The notes: generated by a model from the sequence alone, not told the origin. A stretch of DNA of 64,000 nucleotides from Octopus sinensis (GCF_006345805.1 NC_043002.1:46872001-46936000); one strand, 5' to 3'; positions 23,792 to 36,308 are shown, numbered from the stretch's first letter. Numbers and translations: made by a program.

Positions 23792-24244
23792 ATCAGAATC
23801 AAAATCGATCAATGGAATTGCAGATGTGTTACCAGTGCCGGTGGCATGTCGAAACTCTACTTGTGAAGACCCGTTGAGGCAAGTGAGGATCAGAATCGAA
23901 ATCGATCAATGGAAATTGCAGATGTGTTACCAGTGCCGGTGGCATGTAAGAGAACCTTCCGTTTCGCGACCGTTGCCAGCACCGCCCCGTTTTGTGTCCG
24001 TTGCCAGCCTCGCCTGGCCCTCGTGCCGGTGGCACATAAAAAGCACCATCTGTTCATGGCCGTTTGCCAGCTCTGTCTGGCACCTGTGCGGGTGGCACGT
24101 AAAAAGCACCCACTACACTCTCGGAGTGGTTGGCGTTAGGAAGGGCATCCAGCCGTAGAAACACTGCCAGATTTGACCCCCAGTAGAACCGTCCAACCCA
24201 TGCTAGCATGGAAAACGGATGCTAAATGATGATGATGATGATGA

Positions 24245-24248
<4 letters not shown>
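23792..24248 (+). mobile_element. RTE 3'UTR/tail fragment with repeated GTGCCGGTGGCAC modules
   Basis: Ends CCAACCCATGCTAGCATGGAAAACGGATGCTAAAT(GAT)n. Flanked by (TA)n. Internal 97-bp-period duplication. Confidence 0.8.
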
Positions 24249-24286
<38 letters not shown>

Positions 24287-24703
24287 TATATATATGTGTG
24301 TGTGTGTGAGAGAGTGAGAGAGGGCGTAACAGACAATATCCCTTCTCAACATCAGTATATGACTCACAAATATACATAGATTACAAACAGGTAATAAATA
24401 CAATTGAGTAACACAAAGAGACAGCAATGCAAGTAAAATATTAGACACTATATGGTTACAAGCCAGTCTTATCTGGGTACCTCAGACAATCCAGAAGAAA
24501 CTATACCTACACACACAAATGCAATGCGTGCAAAATCAGGACACTTTGTATAGTTACATCCTGCATAAAGACTACTGAAACAAAAAATAGGTCAATATCA
24601 AACTGATAAACTGACTTGCAACTTGTTTGACAACCATTCAAAATTACATACACCATACACATGCACACATGAAATAAATGCAATTTATATACATGCAAAT
24701 ACA

Positions 24704-24754
<51 letters not shown>

Positions 24755-24755
24755 G

Positions 24756-25084
24756 GAAGAAAACAAAAATAGAGACAGTGAAGTTAATAAATGTTTATTA
24801 TCAATAACAAATCAATCACTATCCCTTACAGCTGTTTCAATTAATACTCAATGAATTAAATATTAAGTTCCTATGCCCTGAGCATAATATCTTCAGAAGG
24901 GGAAAAAATACACCCTAAGATGTTTTGACTGAATTCATTATTCAGTCTGATATAATGAATCCATAAACACACATATGAATTTAATTCACTGAGTATTAAT
25001 TGAAACAGCTGTAAGGGATAATGATTGATTCGTTGTTGATAATAAATATTTATTGACTTCACTGTCTCCATTTTCTTTTTCTTC
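24756..25084. mobile_element. Foldback/MITE-like element with about 90-105-bp inverted arms
   Basis: 24772-24861 versus the reverse complement of 24979-25068: 84/90 identical, 117-bp spacer. Imperfect extension about 16 bp outward. Confidence 0.8.
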
Positions 25085-25272
25085 TTTTATATGAATATAA
25101 ACTACATGGTTTATATAAATATATATATACCTATTATTTTAAGGAAATATTCCCCCCAAATATTAGGTATTGAACTAGTATTTCCTTGGATGAGACCATC
25201 CCTTCATGAGGCTAACATAACCTCTAATCAAATTATACATATTTAATATACATACATACATACATGTATATA

Positions 25273-25317
<45 letters not shown>

Positions 25318-25345
25318 TCATCATCATATATATATATATATATAT

Positions 25346-28300
25346 ATGGCTCCATCAAACTCAAACTCGCAGATGGGACTATTCACAATACACAAGGCCA
25401 CCACAGCAAATAGACCCAAGGTGGACACCGCTGGCAACAGCATACACCTCATCTCGATGCTCCTACTGAACATCAGAGGACTGCTAACACTCAGTAACAG
25501 GACAAAAATCCCGTTCTTGAGAGACTTTGTTGCATACAATCAAGCCCTTACGGAAACACACCTGAAACCGGACATAGCAGATGCGGAAATACACATACCA
25601 CTGTATGTTGTACTACGGACCGACAGAAAAGAAAGGAGTCATGGAGGAGTTGCTATGTACATCTGTGAGGACCTCACACCCCAGGTCCTTTTGTCATACT
25701 CAAATTCGGTGTGTGACATACTAATTGTACATATAAGGCAACTTGGTGTAGTTATATGTGCTACATATCACCCTCCAGATGCCCCAAGCCATGTAGGCAA
25801 GTTTGAAGACTGCCTTATAAAAATAGAAGTTCTAGTCACATTAGAACAACACATAAGTGTACTTCTTATGGGAGACTTCAATCTACCCAATGTCAGATGG
25901 CCCGAGGGCCTTTCTCTCCCAGGAATGACACGATGTGAACGAGGACAGGCGAGGTCCCCCCTGAACCTCATCAACACTCTGTACATGGAGCAAGTAATAC
26001 TCCAACCAACCAGGGCAGGTAACATACTGGATCTGTGCTTCACAAATAATATGGATCTTATCCATAATGTGAAAGTGACACCGACACTACTCTCGGATCA
26101 CAACATGGTAGAGCTGACCATGTACGGGCCAAAGGAAAGCATGGACATGCAGCCTACAAGAAACTCTCTGAATCTTTCCAGCTTGAACTTCCATAAGGCA
26201 AACTGGAAACAAATTGAGAAAGAGATCCTCAAACAAAACTGGCCTGAATGTCTATCCTCACCAGACATCGACATGAAACTTCAACAATTCATGTCTGTAA
26301 TGCAAGCCATATGCTACAAATGTGTCCCAGAGAGAAAGGCCTCTGTACACAAGAGCAAAATCCCCAGAGAGAGGAAAATTCTAATGAGACGGCGTACAAA
26401 AGTTTCAAATCGCCTAAACAAACAAATTGAAAGCAGTGAAAAGTCCCGCCTGAAAATAAAACTATTGGAAATTGAAAAATGTCTGCAACTCTCCCATGAA
26501 AAAGAAAGAGCAGACAAAGAAGCCTGGGCTATAGACAACATAAAATCTAACCCCAGAGCTTTCTACAGGTATGCCAAAGAAACAGCTACGGTGCACTGTA
26601 GGATAGGGCCACTCCTTGAAAAGGATGGCACACTCACAGGAAATCCAATGAGGGTAAGTGAAATACTAAATGAGCAATTCAAGAGTATTTTCACCCCACC
26701 CCTAGGGCATTTTCAAGTCAGCAATCCAACTGACTTCTTTACCACTGCAGATATAAAATCGGAGGCAGCAATGATTGATTACATCAATATAAAGGAAGAT
26801 GATGTAATAAAGGCTATTGATGAAATGAAAACAAACTCAGCTACTGACCCAGATGGATTCCCAGCAATCCTTCTAAAAGTATGTAAGAGAGTCCTAGCAA
26901 GACCACTGCAGTTCCTCTTTCAGAGCTTCCTTGCAACTGGCAAACTTCCAAGAAAACTGAAGGAAGGTAAAATATGCCCTATTCATAAAGGAGGTAGCAG
27001 AGCGGAGGCCAAGAACTACAGACCTATCTCTCTGACCTCACACATCAGCAAGGTCATGGAACGAATAGTCAGAAGGAAACTAATCACCTTCCTTGAAGAA
27101 AATGACTTGCTGCCTGACACTCAACATGGTTTCTGACCAGGAAGAAGCTGCTTAACTCAGCTCCTACAACACTATGACTGGGTGCTGAAACGACTGCTCA
27201 ACCACTCAAATGTGGAAGTCATATATCTCGACTTTGCAAAGGCCTTTGATAAAGTCGATCATGGAATGCTATGTCACAAACTGCGTGATCTTGGCATAGT
27301 TGGAAAATTGGGAGAGTGGCTTCATGACTTTCTGAAGGATAGAAGCCAGGTGGTAGTAGCCAATGGGGCCACTTCCATTAACATGCAAATAGTAGTAGCC
27401 ACTTCCACTAACACGCAAATAGTGAGCGGTGTTCCGCAGGGCACTGTTTTGGGACCACTATTGTTCATAATGGCCCTCTCAGACATACCCTCAACCACGC
27501 AGAGAGCCACGATCACAAGTTATGCAGATGATACAAAAGTTTCACAGGCAATACAGAACCCTGAAGACACTAAGCACCTGCAATGTGAGCTGGACAAAAT
27601 ATACAAGTGGGCTGAAAAGAATAGCATGCAGTTCAATGCTGAAAAGTTTCAAGCTCTATGCTATCAGCACGCAAAACTAAATGCAATACCCAATAAATAC
27701 ACTGGACCTGGAGGGACTGCAATCCCAGAGGCACAATCAGTGCGAGACCTGGGTATTTACATGAGTGATGATGCAACTTTTCATGTGCATGTTGCTAAAT
27801 TGGCAATGAAATGTAGGCGGCTGACCGGATGGATTCTTAGAACCTTCAGAACAAGAGACCAGGAAACCATGATGGTCCTCTGGAGGACACTTGTCCTAAG
27901 CCACTTTAACTATTGCTCTCAGCTATGGTCACCATCCAGTGTCAAGTTAATCACAGAACTTGGGGTGATCCAATGAAGCTACACGAAGAAGATAGCCTCT
28001 GTGCAGCATATAAGCTATTGGGAAAGACTCAAGAGATTTTGACTCTATTCCTTAGAGCGTAGGCGAGAAAGATATGCCATAAAATACATCTGGAAGATCC
28101 TAGAAGGACTTGTCCCAAACTTTGGCATCGAGAGTTACACAAATGCCAGAACTGGGCGCCACTGCATAGTGCCAAGGACTCCAAATTTGCCATCAAGATG
28201 TAGGACAAGATACTGTGATAGCCTGGGCTTCCGAGGCCCACAGCTCTTCAATATCCTCCCGAAGAACCTAAGAGACCTGCATGGGGTGGATGCAGATGTC

Positions 28301-28507
28301 TTGAAAATGAAACTGGATCTCTTCTTGTCAGGTATCCCAGATGAACCAACTTCACGGCAGGAGGTGCAGATGAGGGCAGCTGCATCGAACTCTCTCATGC
28401 ACCAAATGGCAATTGCTAAAAAGTATTCGTGAAGTAAAATCATGTAGCAACACCAAATGGCGGTGCCCCAGCATGGCCACAGCTAGTGAGCTGAAACTAG
28501 ATAAATA

Positions 28508-28510
<3 letters not shown>
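25346..28510 (+). mobile_element. CR1/L2-group LINE, near-complete APE endonuclease-RT ORF plus 3'UTR
   Basis: LLNIRGL, LTETHL, GGVAMYI, MGDFNLP, LDLCFTN and SDHN (APE). YRPISLTS, YLDFAKAFD, GVPQGTVLGP and YADDT (RT). Single frame 25346-28432 with three internal TGA. (TA)n on both flanks. Confidence 0.96.
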
Positions 28511-28538
<28 letters not shown>

Positions 28539-28542
<4 letters not shown>

Positions 28543-28830
28543 TCCATCCTTGCTTTTGTTTACATTTGATGCTTTCTTCCAAGGAATCTAATGCTCTCAG
28601 CCTAGTTTTTCCTTGGGGCTGGCCAGATTGGAGCAATCTCAAGAATAATCAGCCAAAATTGTGAGGATAATCTGGTTCTTGACTGAAGATAGGAAACTTC
28701 GAATGATCCGTCCTTGTTTTCTTTGTATCGTCTATCTGGATGTTTTGTTGTCCCTTTTTGTATCACCTAGTTGTCCGGATGTTTTGCGTGCTCGTCCCAT
28801 TTTGTACTTTATATATATATTATATATATA
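28539..28830. repeat. Unclassified interspersed element between (TA)n tracts
   Basis: Compositionally distinct about 290-bp block bounded by TA microsatellites. No second copy seen in the window. Confidence 0.3.
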
Positions 28831-30187
28831 TATACATTCTCTTTTACTTGTTTCAGTCATTTGACTGCAGCCATGCTGGAGCACCATCTTTGTAAAATGT
28901 ACTAAGAGTATTTTATTGTAACAGTATCACTAAGGAGAAGTTACCATGCCCTCAATAAGACTAAAGGATCTTCTCAACCCTCACTTTTCACTCACTTACC
29001 AACAATTGTGTAAAGTCTCCTGGGTGGATTTATAGTGACACCAATCTTAGTGTTGTTGCCTTATATACTGTAAAATTAGAAAGTCCTTGCTACTCTATGA
29101 TATATTCATTCACTCAGGAAAGACTATGTGGCTTAGGAATGCAGTGAATACTGAACATGTGTGAAAGTGTGGGTAATATGAATATCAGTTTTTTTTTTGT
29201 GGGGTGGGGGATGAGAAGAAAAAGGAAGCAGCAGGGATGATATGAAGTGTGGGTGGTGTGTGAGAGATGCACAGTGCCAGGATGAGGCCAGAGGTGTACA
29301 GGGACAGAAACAGTGGGAGACAAATACAGGTGGTGATGCGGGGGAGGAGGTCTGCCATTGGCAGAATGTGATGTACAGGTTAAAAGTGAAGGTGAGAGGG
29401 GCATTAAGTGGAAAAAAAGGCGGTAAGAGATCATACTGAAAATGCAAGAGACAAAGGAAGCCTGCATTCTCAATATTGTCGCTTACAGAGGATGCCCTAT
29501 TTCTATATAATGACTGAATGGTTAACAACAGTAAACATAACAACAATGCTAAAACAAATTTTGTTCCTATAAACAACATTTCCTCTAATACCTTCAGTAA
29601 TATTATGCCAAATTGTTGAAGCGCTAATTTTTCCTAGCAATGAAAATTAATTTCTGTACTGAACTGTTAAGTGCATGTACACCTGAACATATTGATTCTT
29701 CAGATTGGCACAAGGCCACAAATGTATATTGGAGGGGATAGAATTGATTGAATTATCCCCTTTTTGAAAAATGACTGGTTTTTAATTTATCGACATGGGA
29801 GAGATGTCAGAGTCTTATTCAGCAGGTTTTACAGTGAATAATATGGAGAAAGAGAGAGAGACTATCTAGACTATCAAGAGTAAACCATATATTGTGAGGT
29901 ATTTCAATCTAGCATCCTACTGTTTAGTTACATTATAATATCAGCAAAAATAATTATTTAGTGTAGCTTATGGAGGCAAAGCAAATGCATACTGTTTCCA
30001 ATCTTTGCAGAACTACAAATTTAGCCAGTTATCTCCATGAGATATAAGTAGTTCATTCCTTTTAAACACATGTACTTAATTGTCTGTGTGTTGGTTAATT
30101 TTCTGTGGGTACTGGTAGTATAAAATATGTAAACTACTAGCACAAATAAAGAAAACAATGTCCAATAATATGCAAAGGAGGTGAATA

Positions 30188-30597
30188 GGCGCAGGAGTGG
30201 CTGTGTAGTAAGTAGCTTGCTTACCAACCACATGGTTCTGGGTTCAGTCCCACTGCATGGCACCTTGGGCAAGTGTCTTCTACTATAGCCCCAGGCCAAC
30301 AGAAGCCTTGTGAGTGGATTTGGTAGACAGAAACTGAAAGAAGCCTGTCGTATATATGTATGCATATATATATATATGCATGTGAGTGTATATGTTTGTG
30401 TATCTGTGTTTGTTCCCCCAGCATTGCTTGACAACTGATGCTGGTGTGTTTATGTCCCTGTAACTTAGTGGTTCAGCAAAAGAGACCGATAGAATAAGTA
30501 CTAGGCTTACTAAGAATAAGTCCTGGAGTCGATTTGCTTGACTAAAGGCAGTGCTCCAGCATGGCCACAGTCAAATGACTGAAACAAATAAAAGAGT
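30188..30597 (+). mobile_element. tRNA-derived SINE, family A, full length
   Basis: GGCGCAGGAGTGGCTGTG head, GGTTCAGTCCC B box, CORE-like GGCACCTTGGGCAAGTGTCTT, internal (TA/TG)n and CCAGCATGGCCACAGTCAAATGACTGAAAC tail. Confidence 0.9.
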
Positions 30598-31056
30598 AAC
30601 CCATTCCCCTTGTGATATTATGAAAATAACCAAAACAAATTTTTCTATATTCCTTGTTCATGTAGATACACCTCTCTTTAACTGAGAAATATCACATAAT
30701 ACATTGGCACAAGGCCATACATATTTAGAGAAAGGATAGTCAAATGGATCTACACTAGTATAGTATAGATACTTAATTTACATCTTCGACACTTCTGGAA
30801 CATTTCTGAAGGCAAATTTAGTCAACTATACTCTTACATTACACACTTGTTGCTTTCTGTCATTGAGAGCAATATATATTAATGAGCTGAAGAAAGGCGG
30901 AGTGAGATGACAGAAAGTATAGAACATTGAATTAAATAAAATACCTTACAGTATTTATCCTGCTATGTTCTGTGTTAAAATTTCAACAAAATAAACACCA
31001 TTAATTTACACAGATCATTTAAATTGATTATCTTCCACCACTAATAAAAATATTAT

Positions 31057-31156
31057 ATATAGCCTTAAGTTAACTTAGGGCTATGAATATAACCTTAAGT
31101 TATCTCAAGGCTATATTCATAAAGAATATAGTCTTAAAATAACTTAAGGCTATATT
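31057..31156. repeat. Three tandem imperfect palindromes, consensus AATATAGCCTTAAGTT-AACTTAAGGCTATATT
   Basis: Units at 31059-31084, 31085-31118 and 31125-31156 are each self-complementary and similar to one another. Confidence 0.85.
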
Positions 31157-31611
31157 GAAAATGCATCAGCACCTACTACAATATACAAACAAAAGAAATA
31201 TTTGACCTAATATTAATTCTAAAATTAATCAATGAAAATAAAAAGAAATTTTTTTTCCACATTAGTGCAGGCCCTGCTGTGTGGTTACGAAATTTACTTT
31301 GAAACCAAATGGCTTTGGATTTACTTCTACTATTCAACACTGTACTATAGTTTTGGTTTGAGCAATATCTTGTGAGTAGATATTACAGGTGTAGGCAAGG
31401 CTACAGCATAGGTATGGTTGTGTGTTTAGGAGTTTGCTTTGCAACCTTGAGGTTTTTAGTTCAATCCTTCAATATGATACTTCAGGCAAATGTCTGCTAT
31501 TATAGCCCTGAGTCAACCAAAGCCTTGTGAATGGAGGTAATCTGGCTGATGGTGGTGTCATGTAATTAGAACCTTTTCAGCATTGAGTTTCACAGAGACA
31601 ATGAAAAATAA

Positions 31612-31837
31612 CTGAGACCTTTGGCAATATGCTGTGCTTGAGTAGAAGACCCACCAAATCAAGTGAAATCGTAGTCGTGGCAGATGCTGGAGTCATGCAA
31701 CTGGCACCCATGCTGGTGGCATGTAAAAGCACCCATTACACTCTCAGAGTGGTTAGCGTTAAGAAGGGCATCCAGCCCTGGTCAAACCGTTCAATCCATG
31801 TCAGCATGGACAACAAATGTTAAATGATAATGATGAT
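31612..31837 (+). mobile_element. RTE 3' end fragment
   Basis: GCTGTGCTTGAG ORF end, GGTGGCATGTAAAAGCACC module, CCATGTCAGCATGG hairpin and (GAT)n tail. Confidence 0.7.
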
Positions 31838-31859
31838 ATATATATATATATATATATAT

Positions 31860-31920
31860 CACTGGTGGCACCCCAGCATAGCCACTGCCTTAGGTCTGAA
31901 AAGTAAAAAAAATAAAAGAA
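31860..31920 (+). mobile_element. About 60-bp 3'-tail-only copy of the CR1-LINE/SINE-A tail within (TA)n
   Basis: GGTGGCACCCCAGCATAGCCAC...CTGAAA matches 28459-28497. TA tracts on both sides. Confidence 0.6.
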
Positions 31921-32363
31921 TATATATATATATATACACACATATAGTATGTGTGTATGTTCATGTATCCTTGTCTTGATATCATGTACTAGTTGTAAGC
32001 ATGCATCACCATCAGAAGTGGTGTCGTTTGCTTTGCAACCTTTGATGAAAACATGCTCAGTCATTATGTTGTTTGCATTTGAAGACAAGAAGGAATGTAA
32101 CCTTTCTTAGACACAGGTGAAGGTTAATGACAAGAAGAACATCCAACCATAGAAAATCTGCCTCATGGAAAAGTGTATGTTAAAAAACATGATAATGATG
32201 ATGATGATGATCACATATTAAGCTTGAAACTTCATTATTTGATAACCCAGGTTTAACATTTTGAATCTTTGTTTAAAGATTAGAAACACGAAGTTCAGAG
32301 TAATGTTTATCAAAGTTTTCAGTTTACTCTTTATTCATGCAATTTTTTGTGTCAAACACATAC

Positions 32364-32406
<43 letters not shown>

Positions 32407-32825
32407 CATGTTTGTATTCAAGTCTGTGTTTTTTGTGTTGTGTCTTTTATATCATATAAATTAGCACTTCAACAAATAGATCCTGATAAAAGAAGCAACT
32501 GCCAGACCAAAAGTAGTCCAGGGGTTGATATATAAATTGACCAAACCCTTCAATGCAGTTCAAGGAGTAAATCTAGCAAAAGAAGAAAATACAAACATTG
32601 CCGATATCTGAATGCATTTTGTATTACTAAGTATTATAGCAACCAATAATATTTGAAGGAAAATCTGTTGCTAAGTTACTTATCAGTGTGAACATATATC
32701 TCTAGGATTTCATTTTCTATGTAACTGATTTTGCTTTCCATACAACCCACAGTTCTCGTCATATATCCAAATAACTTAGCAAACAAAAAATAAATTAACC
32801 AAATAAAACTTCTGTAAACAATAGC

Positions 32826-33075
32826 AGGCATGGCTGTGTGGTAAGAAGCTTGCTTCCTAACCACATGGTGCTAGGTTCAGTCCCACAACATGGCACCTTG
32901 AGTAAGTGTCTTCTACTATAGCCTAGGGCTGACCAAAGCCTTGTGAGTGGATTTGGTAGATGGAAACTGACAGAAGCCACACATAGAAGTGGCTGTGTGG
33001 TAAGTAGCTTGCTTACCAACCACATGGTTCTGGGTTCAGTCCGACTGCGTGGCACTTTAGGCAAGTGTCTTCTGC
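32826..33075 (+). mobile_element. Two tandem SINE family A 5' halves
   Basis: Two consecutive TGGCTGTGTGGTAAG...GGTTCAGTCC...AAGTGTCTTCT heads. Confidence 0.75.
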
Positions 33076-34494
33076 AACCAGGCCTTTTGCAATATTCTTC
33101 AAGCCAGGAACTTTATGCACCCCCTTGTTATGGATTTTAAGTTTGATATTTCAGATCACCATCATCAGCATTTTAACATACATTTTTTCAATGCACCATG
33201 TCTGGCTACAGGAAAACATTACCTTGCTTGGAAACAAGAGACAGAGAAATTCTGTCTGACATATTGGTAACGAGGGACTCTACTCAAATGATGATGATGC
33301 TAGCTTACAAGTATCCAATGACATTAAGACAAGGTAACACTAAGACACACATAAATACATACACATACATATTTATAACATATGGTATAATTATAAACAG
33401 GGCAAATTTTAGCCATTTCTATGCAGACTGAAAAAAATGATGAACAAACTTAATGGGTTCTCAGCAGAGGCATCCACATCATTCCGACAGTCTCCAGAGA
33501 AACAAGCAGCCAAACTGTTTATATACTCAACAAATGCAGTAGTTATTCTATGGAGTCCCTAATTTGCATACTGAAAATGTTTAACATGCACACATACATA
33601 TGTATATATAAACTGGCACTCCATTAGTTATGACAATGAGGGTTCCAGTGCAAGTGGCTGAGCACTCCACAGACACATATACCCCTAACATAGTTTTTAG
33701 GGAGATTCAGTGTGACACAGAATGTGGAAAGGCTGGCTGTTTAAAATACAGGTACTACTCATTTCTCCAGCTGAGTGAACAGGAGCACCATTAAATGAAG
33801 TGTTCTGCTCAAGGTCACAAAGCACTGCTGGAATTGAACTCATGACCTTACAATTGGGAACTGAATACACTAACCACCTTCATAAACATACATATATGCA
33901 TACATACTCATACATGTGTGTGTGTGTGTGTGTGTTATACATATATGATGAACTTCTTTCAGATTCTGTTCACAAGGTGTCACACAGTGGGACTGAACAT
34001 GAAACCACATGATTGAGAAGCAAACTTCTGAACCACACAATGATGCTTGTGTCATTTAACGAAAATAATAACCATTCCCTACATTCTTTTACTAACAGAT
34101 ATATAATTAAAGAACAAAAATATTAATGATGTCACACACTGCAGCAAGCCCTTGAGCTTGTGATAAGTTTGTGATAAGGCTGTTTATTGTTAAGCAGATG
34201 TGTGATGAATATTTCCTTAGATAGGGGTATTAATACATCATAGATAATGTTTAAAAAAAAAACTGGTGAAATGAGGTAATAATATAAAATTAAGTGTATA
34301 GTTCACAAACTCAACAGAACATTGGTAATGAATTTGAACGAGTTACCTATAAGCTAGCAAACTAATATCATAGTAACCTGCCCACTATATACATGTGTGT
34401 ACAAACACACACACAAACACATATTTTTAAAAATTCTTTTACTTGTTTTAGTCATTTAACTGCAGCAATGCTGGAGCACCATCTTAAAATATAT

Positions 34495-34535
<41 letters not shown>

Positions 34536-35171
34536 TACACATGTATGATGAACTCTCCCGTTGCTTTTGATGCATAAGGTTCTGACAACCTATACTTTCT
34601 TTGTCAGTCATAATGCTTTATGTCAAACGTGACATTTTGGTCCCACCAACGATTTGCAAAATATGGGGATTATAGGTCAGTGCAGGTGGTATATTTGCAA
34701 CTGCATTTCTCCCTTGCCTTGCAGTCCTTAGCCTGTTAATATTAGGTCACTCATGAACGCTTACTGGTAACACATAATCCAGTATAACCTGTTGCATGGT
34801 TGAACTGTTTGTGACTAAATTGGCAATCCTACTGAGGTTGCTTGGTGTGGAGGGTGGTTGTCGGACACCCTGTGTGGTGAAAAATAAAACCTGTCAAAAC
34901 CTGTACAATGTGTACACTCACACACATACAAGTTTTTTCATCACCATTTAACATTTACTTTTCTACACTTGCATAGGTCATAGGGAATTTGTTGAGGAAA
35001 ATTTTTCACAGCTAGATGCCTTTCCTGTTGCCATTCCTGACCTCTTTTCAAAGAAGAAACAAGGTAACATTTCCCCATAGTCAGATATGTTTTTCAAGGA
35101 AGACTGATCATTATCATTATTATTGTTTAACATCTGCTTTCCAAGTGTGTGTGTGTATGTATATGTGTATA

Positions 35172-35566
35172 CTCTTTTACTCTTTTACTTGTTCCAGTCA
35201 TTTGACTGTGGCCATGCTGGAGCACCGCCTTTAGTTGAGCAAATTGACCCCAGGACTTATTCTTTGTAAGCCTAGTACTTATTCTATTGCTCTCTTTTGC
35301 TGAACCGCTAAGTTACGGGAATATAAACACACCAGCATTGGTTGTCAAGCGATGTTGGGGGAACAAACACAAACACACAAACATACATATATATACATAT
35401 ATACAATGGGCTTCTTTCAGTTTCCCTCTACCAAATCCACTCACAAGGCTTTGGTCAGCCTGAGGCTATAGTAGAAGACCCTTGCCCAAGGTGCCACACA
35501 GTGAGACTGAAACCAGAACAATGTGGTTTGTAAGCAAGCTACTTACTACATAGCCACTCCTACGCC
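35172..35566 (-). mobile_element. SINE family A, full length
   Basis: Collinear with 30188-30597 in reverse orientation. (AAAAGAGT)n tail. Confidence 0.88.
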
Positions 35567-36308
35567 TATGCATATGCACATATATATGCACACACACGAA
35601 CATTGGGGTTTATTACCTAACAAGTCCCAGTTAAACCTCCCACCCCATCTGCTGCCCTATCATCTCTTTAACACTTTATGTCCATCATTTCTCTCAATCC
35701 AATCTCTTTTTCACACAGGTTCTCTTCACTCTTCCTCATTCCTATTCACTACAATACTGACAATATGACAATGGATCTCTACCATCCTCTGCACCATGCA
35801 GCTCATGTAACAGGAATGACATCGGATCTAATCTGGCTCTCTCACCTCTGATATTTTTCACTTTTTCTACTATCCATAGCACTGTCACCTATATCCTCTC
35901 GACTCTACCTCTCTCCAAGATTAAGATGTCTGTCAGATAGCATTGGATACGTCCCATTGCTGCCATTCTTCGGTCATTCTCAATGCTTATCTGTATCCTT
36001 TTGCCTTAGTTCTCTCTTGTACTCACAAGCTTAATCAGCTGCCTGGAATGTACAGACATTGTAGGGAAATAGAGACTCTCAAGACAAGATGTACAAATCA
36101 ACCTCACTGGTGGTGAGTATCCATGTAGTTCCTCTACAAAATCCTACTCTTCCTACATCTCTATTCTCTTCATCTCTTAGAATAAAGCTAACTCCAATAC
36201 CTCATTGTTTGTAGTCTTGTCAGCTGCATGGTATCCTCACTAGTGCTGGTGGTATGAAAAATGCACTAATTACGTACTGTAATGTGGTTGGCATTATGAA
36301 GAACACCC

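Noticed and set aside
23748-24158. GC-rich overlapping ORFs, and a CRISPR-like repeat/spacer appearance
   Set aside because: This is RTE 3'UTR sequence. Repeats and spacers are irregular, the context is eukaryotic, and there are no cas genes.
24985-25020. Hammerhead ribozyme (GAAACAGCTGTA resembles helix III of minimal Penelope-type hammerheads)
   Set aside because: No intact CUGANGA upstream and no helix I complement. The GAAAC-AGCT-GT pattern is explained by the palindromic arm.
28675-28715. Hammerhead-like CTGAAGA...CGAAT...GTC
   Set aside because: GAAA is absent (GAAT), helix II is poor and helix I does not pair.
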